Source: Raillietiella orientalis (lineage: Eukaryota). From it: a stretch of 64,000 nucleotides of DNA. The position numbers and the translations under genes were made by a program. Shown here piece after piece: positions 50,760 to 62,119 of the stretch; position 1 is the first letter of the stretch; the number at the start of each line of letters is the position of its first letter. The DNA lies in NCBI GenBank assembly GCA_036172245.1, contig JAYWIR010000008.1, forward strand, positions 2,914,001 to 2,978,000. The letters are read 5' to 3'. The notes beneath the pieces were generated by a model. It saw only the letters and a list, made by a program, of their open reading frames with translations, had not been told where the DNA came from and searched no databases.

Positions 50760-51950
50760 TAGCCTCTCGGATGTGCACACGGTAGCACAGTGGGCAGGAG
50801 CACTGCAGCTGTCTCTTTCACGGCACCCTTTCTCGTTCACCCCTCAGGCCTCTTCCAGCAGCCCACTTGACTGAGTGCTCCACTCGCTCCTCTGGAACGA
50901 GTTTCGAAGGAAAAAGAGCAACAATTGGTCAAGGGATCGACTTCTCCCTCCTTCTGGGAGCACTCAAGTCAACAACCGCTGCGGCAAGCGGGGAACATGA
51001 AGTGTGGAGCTGGGATCCCCCCCCTCCCCCATTCTCGTGGGTCAGACTCGGGAAATCTGCGGTTTCCTCCCTGTTCGGATCAGCTGGAGCGAACATCGCG
51101 CCCACTTGCTGCGAGGGAAACCGGGAAGCCTGGGTGACGTATGGCTACGGGAAGAAAGGCAAGGTGGAGCTCAATCTGGACGCCATACCTGAGACCGAGA
51201 CATTTCCTGAGATGCTTCCCTCCGTTCCCATAAGCTTCACGGCATCCGAGAATCCTGGAAATTACGAGGAACCTGGACTACGACTCCTTGCCTTTCCTCA
51301 TCTCTTGCAGCGTCCAGAAAATTCTCAGGTCCCTTCTCCTCTCCTGACGGAAACACAGAGCCCTCTACGTGGCGGCTCTTGGATTCAAAAGAGGCACGAC
51401 GTGAAAGAGGTCGGAATGAAAACAAAGCTGCCTGCATTCCAGAGATCGCTGCTTGGAGACTACACATTACGAGATGAAATTTGTTCTAGAAAACAGGAGA
51501 TGCCCTCAACACCTCAGTCCTTCGGCGCTTCAGGAGGTCAGAAAACAATGCTGAAGAGTCCTAGATCCTGGAAGAGTTCCCCCGTTTCCTCTAGCCCACT
51601 CTCCTGACAAAGCCGCAGTTCTTGGGAGTTGTTTCGCTACCGGAGGTGGTCCATCAAGTGCTCCAGTTACATCATCCCGAGGACATTCGAGAGCACCGTC
51701 TTCTTCCTGGCGTGCTTCGTTTGTCTCCTGAAGATCTCGAGTTTTCTCGCCGTGTTGTTGTTTGTCGTCGTTCGTGGACCTGCTGAGGTCCCTAACTACC
51801 CCCTCTCTTCTCTGTCTTCGGATGTGATCTGGAGTCGGTCCTGCGCCTGCGTCCTTGCCCTCAAATCTGTGCTTCTGAAGCCTTAGAGACGCGTTTGTCG
51901 CTCCTTTCTTATCGGATTTGGATTCCTGTCCAAGGAGACCTGCGCCCGTC
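50760..51950 (-). pseudogene. Decayed NB-ARC domain
   Basis: P-loop remnant GLLGQESKSDK...HRFEG. Kinase-2 RKKTVL..VL/DDV (DDV at 51668-51676, about 88 codons after the P-loop). RNBS-B W..PGSR (51560-51571), RNBS-C AALFSF and GLPL-like GFSDAVKLMG (about 51225-51256). Confidence 0.7.
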
Positions 51951-52049
51951 CTTAATTTCGGGGATCGCTGCTTTCCGCGACAAAAGCGAATTTCCCCACC
52001 AGAACTGGAAGACGTTTCCGCTCCTTTCGCCACGAGGAACCGGGCCTAC

Positions 52050-53215
52050 TTCCAACTGGAATGCGGGATTCGCTCTGGCCTTTTTGACGTCGGGCGTTTC
52101 CGGCTTCGCGCTCTCTCCTCGAAGCATCTGCGGGGACCGTTTCCTGACGCCGCCTCCACGGCCAGGAGTTTCGATCCGCAAACTCCGAGGCGTTCCCCGA
52201 GGTCAGCCCGCAAAGCTCCAGCAATGCATACGCTTTCGGAATTTTTTTTTCTTTTAAACCTCGCTCTTGAGTGGTGAACGCTCTTTCGCCTGCCTACAGA
52301 GAAGACTACCAGACGGCGCACGAGAGACCGCAACGAGAAATTCCCTCTTCTTGAAGAAGGAGGCGTGCCTCAAGGGCTGTCTGTCTTTCCCTGATCCCTC
52401 TCGTGAAGCAAAGTTTGGAACCAGGGATACAGAACCATGGGAAGGACTTGGAGAAGGGAAGCGCCAAACGCGGCGCATGCGCAATCACGAAAGCGTACCT
52501 TCCAAGAGCTCTGAAGCAACTTTGATGGAAAAAGGTCCCATAGGGGAGGAGGGGGATGGGAGTCCTTTGTGCGTCCCGATGCCTTTTAAATTCAGAACTT
52601 CAATAAGCATGCGACTCCTGAAGGATCGTTTGTCCTCGAGGAGATAGGGGTCGTCACTCACGTTCTGCATGCTTCTTGAAGTTCACTGGGAGAGTGCGGA
52701 GGAGATCCCAACCGAACCGTCATCGAACTTGGGAACTTCCTGGGGGAGACGTGCTGGGCAAGAAAGAGGAAAGCGGGAAGATGGCAGGAGACGAGGAAAC
52801 ATGGCTGTGCGTCGAACCCGGTTGCTTGGCTGCTGCCGACACGCGATCAGGAGGTATTCAAAGACCAAGGTAACACAACATATGGATGAAAAGAAAGTGG
52901 AACGGGGCCGCTGAACTGCGCACTTCGGGGTTGCAGTGTGATCCCCCAACAGATGCCCAGCTGTTTGCGAACCCCGCGATCCAGCACCGCCGTCAAAAAG
53001 TTGGCACCGACGCCAACGGAAAAAGAATAGGCTGATTTTTGTTCTGGTCATCCCAGGTGCGTCTCCGTGCGCAGGGTGAGGACGGTTCTCGTGATGCCCA
53101 GGGAATCAACGCGGTCCAGGAGCGGTCGGCACGTTTCGGATTCGGGAATGCGCACCAATGGACGGAAGACACCGAAATCTTTCTCTTCTCCCTCCCCGTA
53201 GCCCTCCCCACTCTT
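52050..53215 (-). pseudogene. Decayed RLK/Pelle-like protein kinase domain immediately 5' of the NB-ARC
   Basis: Subdomains in order: GEGYG..FGVFR (about 53165-53210), NFLTAV, LVFEYL (52851-52868), SFRSRMLIEVLNLKGIGTH, IKVASELLE, AAFGA (DFG-like, 52460-52474), GT...VVFSVG (52292-52309) and C....RKRPT. Confidence 0.6.
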
Positions 53216-53299
53216 CCTCTTCCCTCTCCGCACGCGTTCCGTTAAGTGGAGGCACGGAAATCACCACCAGAGAGCTTCTCCGTGTCGTCAGACTGTGCT

Positions 53300-53990
53300 T
53301 TCAGAAGCAGGATCGATTTCCTATTCCTGTGACAACCGACAATTTTCGCATCGTCCCTTGATTGAAAGGTCATACGCGCGCTCGCCGCATGAATGATGAC
53401 TTTTCGAGACGAGCCCAAGGAACCGATCCCAGCATCTGCTTCATCTCTTCATCATCTAATGAGTGATTCTCCTGGTTCACCTTCGAAGTGATGGAATTTC
53501 ATCTCGCCTTGCAGATAATGCGCTTCGTTTCTTTGGAGACGACGATCCAAAGGGAGCAGCAGTTCCTTGACATCACGATAAATGCTGGTTATCCGTCCGG
53601 ACGTTTCCACGGCAACGAGAGGTGGACGAATTATTCTCGAGAAGAAAATTGATGCGCTCGCAGAGAGAGAGAGAGAGAGCACCTGGGCGACGCTTTCGTT
53701 AAGATGCGCTATTGACTTTGTAGGGGTGCGAACAGCGGAAGGAAAGATTCCCTCGTTGCGTGGTTACGGGAGCGCGTTTGAACGCACACGTAACGGATCG
53801 ATGCTTTGCCGTTCACGTCTTCGTATGCGTGCGGCTTCCGCACGTCTTTCCAGTGGGTATGTTTTTTTGCACTCCCGCACTCGTTCGCCGGGGGGAGGGG
53901 AGGAAGGGGAAGTAAAGGGGGACATTGGGGCACGCGAATCCCCCTGCATGGTGAACTTCCCGGTGTCCGCTCCGACTCGCGCTGCGCGCA
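53300..53990 (-). pseudogene. Possible second decayed kinase domain
   Basis: IYRDVKELLLPLD (53545-53583; HRDVK..NILLD-like), with weaker RVGADTGKF and CKK..RERQSIDPLR upstream. Confidence 0.35.
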
Positions 53991-55029
53991 TCTTCGAGCT
54001 CACGGTTGCCAGGCAGCAAAAGAGGCACCTTTGTTTGCACGCCGCTGGCATTGTTCTCCGAACGATGGTCAAAGAGTGGGAGAGGTTCACCCGACACAAA
54101 ACAAGAGACGAAACGCGCCTCCCGCGTCCATTCAGAGAAAGACGTGCGAAGACGCGATCGGACGTTGGGACGCTGTCGATTGAAGCGCAGCAAAGGGCCG
54201 GTCGTCCGGCGAGCGATCCACGTGCACCGCAGGATCCACGCTCAACATCCGACCGAGGTTCCTCCACCAGCCCGAGGCGCTCGTAGTCTGAGCTCGCGTC
54301 TCTTCTCCCCCCCCCCCCTCTCCTCCTCTCTTCCTGCGCCCGGGACTTGTTTCACGGAAGACCGATTTTTCCCACGAGCCCCCACGGGGCGGGGGAGGGG
54401 TTTCCGGGGGAGCCTCTGGCATTCTCGAGTCCTCGCGACCCACAGCAACCATGCCCGGCACTTTCCTCTTCTTCTTTTTCGTTCTTTTCCCCCCTGCCCC
54501 GCCCCTCTGCACAAAAAACAGAGCGAAGAGAGAAAGCGGAGCGGGCGGAGGAATGAAATGGAGGAAGACCAGACCTACGCCTTCGCCCATCCGAGAGAGG
54601 GCAGTTGCTCAACAGTGGGAAAGGGACACAGCCCTCGGATTAGTATGCCTTCCACGAGGGATCCCGCGGCTCGGAGAGACAGTTTCCACGGCGCGCATTG
54701 CGGTTCGGACGGTGGTGCAGGTGGCGGCGCAGGGACGCCTCTCTCGCTGGGAGTTTGCCACTGCTTCCCGCCGATGGCGACGACCCCCGCAGTCGCGTGC
54801 GCTTCTGCAATTCCCCCCTCCTCGAGCGGGTTAGCCCGCCCGCGCCGTTCTTGCGATGGGGCAGATTGAGGAAGCTCCCTACTCTCTCTCTTTCTCTCCT
54901 TGACGCATTCATCATCCGGGAACAAAAGGAACAAAGGAGCTTCGATCACGACAAAAAGAGCCATCCCTCTCCGAAGAAGCGCTTGCGTGCGATCGCGGGC
55001 GGGCCGTTTCCATCACCGAATTTCTTTGG

Positions 55030-55420
55030 AGGGCTTTCCCCGGAGGGAGCAGCGCGCTTCTGACACTCAGGAGAGGCAACCCCCGAAGGGGGGCGGAATA
55101 TCAACCAGCTCCATGATGCGCGGATGGTTCCCTCTTTTCACAAACGGAGGGCGACCCCGAAGGGTTCCTTGGAGACCCTGGAAGGAAGGACCCTGGAGGG
55201 TCGATTTTCAGCCCCGGCCAGTCAGCGGGGGCATCCTGGGGTTCCCGAATTCCTCCAATGCCGCACCCGCAGTCCATGGTTTAACCAGCGTGATCCTGCG
55301 GGGGGAAATCGAAACCCATGACTCACCTCCCGCCCTCGGCATCGATCTTACCCCGAGAGGGATTCGAACCCACGACGCTCGGTGTCGCGAGCGGAGACCC
55401 GGCCGCCAACGCGGACGTAC
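55030..55420 (-). mobile_element. tRNA-headed element copy
   Basis: The reverse complement has B box GGTTCGAATCC (55360-55370), a second box gtcatgggtttcga (about 55308-55322), ccgcaggat, and a body homologous to the 16.8-kb copy. Confidence 0.85.
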
Positions 55421-55899
55421 GGCCCATCGGTCCATCACAAAGATCCCGATTGGGCTCTCCCGGGCGCAGCGGGGGCAGCGGCTATTCTGTTATCTTCAGC
55501 TTCGGTGTGCTGAGTCTTCGCGATTTGCGTGTATCTCGTCCACGGGATGCAACCCGCAAGTCGCCCCTGGGACCTAGAGAGGTGCGACCTTCAGGTTTCG
55601 GAGGGGCAGCCAGAGGGAACACGCAGCGTTTCTCCGGAAAAGTGAAGCAGCCCGCAACCCCCTGCGCTTCCTCCGAAGGCTCGTCTTCGGGCATCGCAGG
55701 AGCGCCTTCCCTCTCGCCTTCCCGAATCCGAGGCGGGAGGAAGTTCTGAAACCACCGCCTCGGCCGAGCTCTCGGCAGGTCAACCCGACGTCCGCCGGAT
55801 GCCTCCCGACCAAGCGGTCGCGTGGGTGGCTGCGACGAAGCGCTTGAGCGTGGTATCTCGTCCGGGAGGCTTTGCGTTTGCTCCTGCGTCTCCCCCGCT

Positions 55900-58800
55900 G
55901 GCGATGCGGCTTCCCCCAACGTCCCCTCGCGATCAAAACAGGGCGTGCGCCTTCCTGAAAGAGGTCAAGGGTGAAAGTCGAAACCACTCATCCGACTCCG
56001 CGCTAATCCGGACTCGAGCAACCGGAAAGCACGAAGGCATCCACGCGACTACCAGTCTGGAATTTCTCCGGGATGGGGACTCTGAAAGGAAGGGCGAATT
56101 TGCCGCTGCCCCGAGTCCGATCTGCTCAGCAACAGTCAGGTGGGTCTCGGTGCGATCTCAACGGCATCGGCAGCCTCCGCCGGGCTGATTGCGGACGAAT
56201 TCCCGCTGGCCAAGAGCACTCTCCCAGCTCTCCCCGACGAGGGCGGCCTCGAGTTCGACATCGGTAGACGGACCACTTGGGGGAGAAGGAGGATGCTCTG
56301 CTTTGATGCTGCTGCGGAGAGACCATCCCATTTTCCTGCCCCATCAATCCTTTTGAGCAGATAGTCCGAGAAACCTTCTGCTGATTGGTCCTCCCGGCCC
56401 TGGCCGCGTTCGCAGGCGCTAAGGGAAGCCGCTCCATGGAGGAAGAGGGAGGGAGGAGGAGGAGGAAGGGAGAAAGGGGGGAGGAGAAGGAGGAAAAGAG
56501 GAGGAGGAAGAGGAGGGAAAAGCGATCTTTCGATCGATCTGCTTTGGCACCCCCAGCGTTCTCCTCTTCCCTTCTTCCCACCGCCCTCACCCCACCCCTC
56601 ACTCTCAGGTCTTGTCAGCCGCCCGCGAGCGAAACAATTCTGCCCTTAAGCCCTGCCTCCGCGGCCAAACCTTCCGGGGTTTTCCCCCCGAGTGACCCAA
56701 TGTAAGGAGCGTCCCGAGGGACCGAATCCCATGCTCACTTTCTCCGACGCCGCATACGCCCGTGTTCCCTCTTTCCATCATCCCACACCCCGCCGTTGAT
56801 GGGCAAACGTCGGGTTGATCCGACGCAACCATCAGCTCAGCATGCATCCCTCATGTTTTAGGCTCATCGCGAATTTAATGGCTGCTGAAAAATTGATGGC
56901 TGAGACTTCGCATGGATGCGCCGCGGTTGCAGCGATCCTCCCAGACGAACGAGCGGGACGCTGACGCTCCGGGCATCACAAGGGAAGAGGAGCAGGGCGT
57001 GGTTGGTCTTCGCTGAGCTGCAGGTGGGGACCGCCAGGGGAACGGCTGCAAAGATGACTTCCGCGCTCGCGAGCCGTTGCAGGGACTGCAGGATGCTGGT
57101 CCCGCCGTTTCGGGGAGGCGGCTCCTGGTCTCGGAAGCGCGCCTCGTCCCTTCCGCCTGCCTCTCTGTGATGATGATCTCCTTTCACGGTCCTCCACGTC
57201 GAGAAGCCAGGTCGCGCGTCCAAGGAGGACTCCTTCGCGCGGTGGGAAAAGGGAAGAGTCTCCTGGATTATCCCGGGTGGGTTCTGCTATGTGTCCAAGC
57301 AGACCGATCCAACACCACAACCCATACGGATCGGAGGACAGGCAGTCTTCCTGCGTTGGCGCCCGCACGGGAATTCAGAAAAATCAAGCGGGTCCGCAGG
57401 TGACCGACTGCCTCTTTCGTGATCGGATTGGATCCCAGGTTCTCTCCATAAGCTCCGTGCAAATGTGCTGCAACCTCCAACCAGAACATGTCTTTCTTTC
57501 GATTTTCTCCTGCTACCATCGCGTACGATGGTCTCCTCTTCCCTCACGTCTTTCCTGAGACCCTGGACTCACCATCTACAAGCTCCGGAAAGACAGATGG
57601 AAGGAAGCTGCAAATATGAGCGTCTTGAAATGCTAATGGATTCCTTAGAGGTGTCCCTCCGTCAACGTACGAAGGTGAGTGTGACATCTTTTTTTTTTCT
57701 GACTTCTTTTCAGGCCAACGACAACCGGGATCTCCGTGCTGAAGAGGCTTTATCCCAGATTGTCAAACATCCAAATCGACTCCACCCTTGCGCACCGAGT
57801 GACCCCTCCACCCCTCTTTGCCGGAAATCATCCTCCAAGACGACGGCACGTACGATTGCACATTTGCATACCACGTCGCTGCAGACTGAATGCTCACTTC
57901 GACGGGAGGGCGCTGCCAGACCTCAGTTTTCCCCCTTCACAGGGGATCCGAGTCGCCGGACGGGACAACGCCTTCGAAGGATCACGGGGGTGGCAGCGGA
58001 GACGAATCCGAAAGGGCCCTCTCTCCCCGCGGACTCGGCCGCGACGCGCGCACGCGCGAAACTCACTCCCGTGTTTGCCTCTTCCCGGGAAGGCGAATCA
58101 TATATTCCTGTCACTTCGGTGCAATGTTTATGGTCCCGCGCGAGAGCGAAGAGTGCAGCCATGCCTGACAGCACATGTGAGTTCACTGGAAACCACGCGG
58201 CACTTGGCTCTCGTAACTCGCTCGGGGCCGAAATCGCTGGCGTACGGAAGGCTGGCAGGGAAAGATCAGGGAGGGCAGATTCCGGCCGTGCCCCAAATCC
58301 CAAAGCCTCCTCCGAGCTTCCGACCGGCTCAGGCGCGAGCAGGAAGAATTCCCTCTCCGAAAAAAAAAAAAAAAAAGGCATTTCATCCCGAATGAACGAG
58401 ATAAAACGCGTGCTCAACAGAACGAACGATGCTTCCTCCGAAGATTATTGCATCGATTCCATCGAAGGTTCGAAGGCACTGCTTAAGAATTCGAGCTCTT
58501 ATAGAAAAAAAAAGGAAAAAAAGAAGAAGAAGAAGAATCCAATGCTAAGGTCAGAGCAGTTAAAAGTTATGTAGACGGAACAGATATGACTGTAATTTCC
58601 ATTATGTTGGCAAAACACTTGGGAAAATTTTAACGATGGGGAAGAGTCGCTTCTGGAAGAAGAGAAATTACGAAGAGTGTGCTTGGCTGGGCGCAGCTTC
58701 CTAAACAACCACCGTCGACGCTTGCAGAAAGAAATTTTTTTTTGCCAAACGCCTTTTATTTTTGATTTCCTCCCCCCCCCCCCCCCCCCCCGAAGAGGAA

Positions 58801-59261
58801 ACACAAAAGTGCGTTCCCGTTTTTCCGCCATTAAACCGAAAGTGGAAAGGTCAGATCCGTTTCCTTTGTTTTTGCATTCGGAGTGGGCTCGCTTCTTGCA
58901 CAGTTGCCACGACGCAGACTCCGTGATCTTCCTGCTCATTTGGGTGTACAATAGATAATCAAAGAAAGTCCCCGTCAACCATCTTGCACTTCGCTCACGC
59001 AGCAACGCATGATGGACTTATTATCAATGCACACTAATGATGCCTAAGTAATGAGTGGAGTGAATCTTTCCGAAGAAGAGGACCGGCTGGAGCTCCCCGC
59101 GCGGTCGTTCCAGCAGTTGCGTGGACGTGGCGTCCGCTGGTGCGACTCTGACAAAAGGGAAAGTCTTCATGACAACTTTAAAGGTCTCCGTGGAAACTCA
59201 AATGAAGGACACCCATCACTAGCAAGCGAGCGGACCGTGTGCACCGGAATGGTAAAAAAAA

Positions 59262-59292
<31 letters not shown>

Positions 59293-59404
59293 GTACCGCG
59301 TCGTTCCCAAGAAAGTTTTCTGGTCCAAGGCCTTCATTAGCTCGATCCGAACGCGGAGTTTTCCCAGAGTAATCTCGGTTTGGCGTCCGTCATTCGCGTA
59401 AGAA

Positions 59405-59449
<45 letters not shown>

Positions 59450-60525
59450 TCTTCCCCCCCCCCCCTCTTCTTCCTGCTCTTGGAGCGCGTGTTGTTCCTC
59501 TCCTCCCGGCGCGCTCGCCTCGCCTCGTTCTCCGCGGCGCACGCTTGGAGGCACCACATGTCCGCCTGGGCCCATTGTCCGTTGGGTGTTTGCCAGCCGC
59601 TTCACCTCGTTCGCTGTTGATATTTGGCAGGGTCTGCCGGGCATTTTATAGTATTTTTATATTTCCTCTTCCAATTTCATTGGTATTTTCTGGGTGCGCG
59701 GAGCTCCGCTGTATACGAAGAGCAGACCAAACAATTTGCGTTCTTGAACTTCGAGGAGGACGTGCCATTACGAAAGACCCGAGGTAAACGAATACGCGAT
59801 GCAGGAAACCGCTTAAAGAGTGCCGTGCATAGCAATCAGGAGTCCTTGTACTTTGGATCCGAGAGCGCTCCACGAAAGAGAATCTTCCTCTTCCTGTTTG
59901 TCTTCTGACAGATCCCACGGCGTCGCATAAACCCATCGAAAATGCCCACCCGAAATCGAAGGAGGAGGAATCGCATTCCGATCCGCGCGTTTTTCCTTTC
60001 CGGACGACAGGATTTTGTAAACACGGCACGTAACGAGCGAGAGGCGGCCCTCGGGTCGGCCTCTCCGTGTCCAGCTTCGCGGAAGCCTCTTTTGCGTGTG
60101 CTGCCTCTAGAAGGGAAGAAGAGGAAGATCGGCGGCACTCGCCCACCATCGTGCTGGCTCCCTAGGGGGAATGACGCTCTCGGATCTCGGGAGATGAACC
60201 GCTCTTATTTGGGGCCAGGCAAGGGCCTGTCGTGGGAGAGAAGCGCCAAGAGACGCCACCGAATTTCCGCGTTGCACGAGCAGGCAGCATCCGTTAGGTT
60301 CCCGTCTCGGCAAAGCGCCAACGCCGCCGGAATCCGAGCGAATTCCGAGGACTCCTTCGTGTGGTGGGGAGAGGGGAGAGTTTCCTTGGCTGTTCCGGGA
60401 CGCCCTGAGATGCGAAGGTACGTTTCCCTTGGGGAAGCTTCCGCTATGCATCCAAGCAGACCGATCCACGACCACAGCGGACGAGAACTTTAGACAGCTG
60501 GAAATGCTGCTGGGGCTGCGCATAG
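55900..60525 (+). pseudogene. Long tract of decayed NLR-type LRR sequence (probably more than one gene)
   Basis: IHATTSLEFL, TLPALPDE, RDCRML, CKYERLEMLMDSL, SVLGWAQLPKQPPST, LRDLPAHLG, LELPARSFQQLRG, ESLHDNFKGLRG, FSGCAELRCI, LGKLPLCI and ENFRQLEMLLGLRID. Confidence 0.5.
59254..59465. repeat. Microsatellite cluster: A9(CA)n(CG)n and T-run(TG)n/C-run
   Basis: Directly visible at about 59254-59291 and 59405-59465. Confidence 0.95.
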
Positions 60526-61818
60526 ACCGTGCCCGCGTTGTCGGCCGCCTGGCCGCAATCTCCGCGCGTGGCGCCGAGCGTTGCGGATCCCCGAGAGGAG
60601 GATTGACGCCGAGAACGGAGGGTGCGTCGTGGGTTTCGAGTCCACCCCGCAGGATGGTCGCTGATTGGCCTATTCGGGTGAGCCACTAGTGGATGCCAGA
60701 AACTGGATATCCTCGTTGACCGTTGACTAGCCGGGATTGAAAGCTGACCCTCCGAGGTCCTTCCAGGAACCAAGGAGTTCCACACTGGTTGTGAAAATGG
60801 AACCGTCCTCCTCCTCGTGGGTTGCCTATCCAGAGTGTCAGAAGCGCGCTGCTCCCTTCGTGGAGCGCCCTACAGGGAAATTGGAAAGCGTCCCTACGGA
60901 GCTCTCTTCAGAGGAGGAACCCTAACATCCCTCTGAAGAAGGTGACCCCAGCAAGCTGGAACAGTGGCACCTTTCCCCTCAAGCGGCAGGAGTTGGCGCT
61001 GCTGGCGGGAATCGCATGCAAAGCGTGCCTTCGCCACTGGACACGGGGAAGCTTGGACGCTCCGTGCGACAGGTGCGGGAAGGAGGAGACCCTCTCGCAC
61101 CTTTAGCAGGGCTGGGCTGCCCTCCGAACCCTTTGGGATCGCCTTGCGACGGCCCTAGGGATCCCGGCGTATGGCCCCAGGGACATTTTCAAACGTCTCT
61201 TTCGTGCGCGCCTCACTGCCTCCACCAACCGCGTCCCTCGCAGTCCTCTGCTGTGTCCGCGGAATCGTGGCAGCCTGGATCGCAGGAAGGAGAGACCAGA
61301 ATGGCAGGGACGCCATCCACTGGGCGCGGATCTTCCTGAACACCGCCTCGGGATGACCCCACCTGGGCGATGTACGGACAGAACTTGCCAGCATCCTGGA
61401 CAGGATGCAGAGGACTCCGGGCAGCGTACCGTGATCCCTTCCTCGGTCTCCCCTGCTCCCCGTGTAAAAATTCCCCTTCCCTGTTTTGTTTATTTGTTTG
61501 TTTTGTTTTTGCTTTCCCTTTCCCCACGCTGCCGGAGCGGACCTCGCCCGTCTGGGCACCGCTCTCTGGCAGATTCATCGCCTGTGGTAGGGAGTTCTAC
61601 CACCCAAATGTAATTTTATTATTTCATAAAATAAATGCCCAGGCATAACTGAGTGATCCGGAACAGCCCAGGAAACTCTCCCCTCTTCCCACCACACGAA
61701 GGAGTCCTCGGAATCCGCTGGGATTCCGGCGGCGTTGGCGCTTTGCCGAGACGGGAACCTAACGGATGCTGCCTGCTCGTGCAATGCGGAAATTCGGTGG
61801 CGTCTTTCGGCGCTTCAC
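60240..61818. repeat. Inverted repeat of about 160 bp (60240-60399 and 61657-61818)
   Basis: gacgccaccgaatttccgc..gcacgagcaggcagcatccgttaggttcccgtctcggcaaagcgccaacgccgccggaatcc..ggctgttccgg is present on opposite strands with few mismatches. A more diverged direct paralog lies at about 57225-57315. Confidence 0.9.
60528..61654 (+). mobile_element. Complete-looking non-autonomous element of about 1.1 kb: tRNA-like head, body and LINE 3' end
   Basis: Head gcccgcgttgtcggccgc.. with gggtttcgagtcc (60631-60643), body to about 60925, then FPLKRQE, CDRCGKEETLSHL (61065-61103), a T-rich UTR and the terminus aataaatgcccaggcataactgagt. Confidence 0.8.
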
Positions 61819-62119
61819 TCCCACGAGTGGTTGCCATCCTGGGGAACTTCTCCCTGCCCATTTCGATGCTCCCTGAAGATGAAATCGGCGAGTACCGCGA
61901 AAAGCAGAAGCACTGGATGTATCGAAAGAGTTCTCTCTGGCCGGGATATGACCGGCGGAGGCCCTGGACCCTGAGGTCCGGGGGGTGCCAACAAGCCACC
62001 AGGAAACATCCTCGGATTCAGGAGCGGGGAGACGCTGATGTGGTTGTGACCTCAGGACGTGTTCTAGGAGGAGCCTCGTGGGGCGCAGGACCGAGGAGGC
62101 GAGGAGGAAAGACTTCTTC

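Noticed and set aside
50867..51607. 246-aa plus-strand ORF
   Set aside because: It lies antisense to the NB-ARC relic and has no recognisable motifs.
57465..58574. Longest ORF (369 aa) as a real gene
   Set aside because: No coherent domain. It has low-complexity poly-K from A runs and only scattered LRR-like words, consistent with a chance ORF over a decayed relic in GC-rich DNA.
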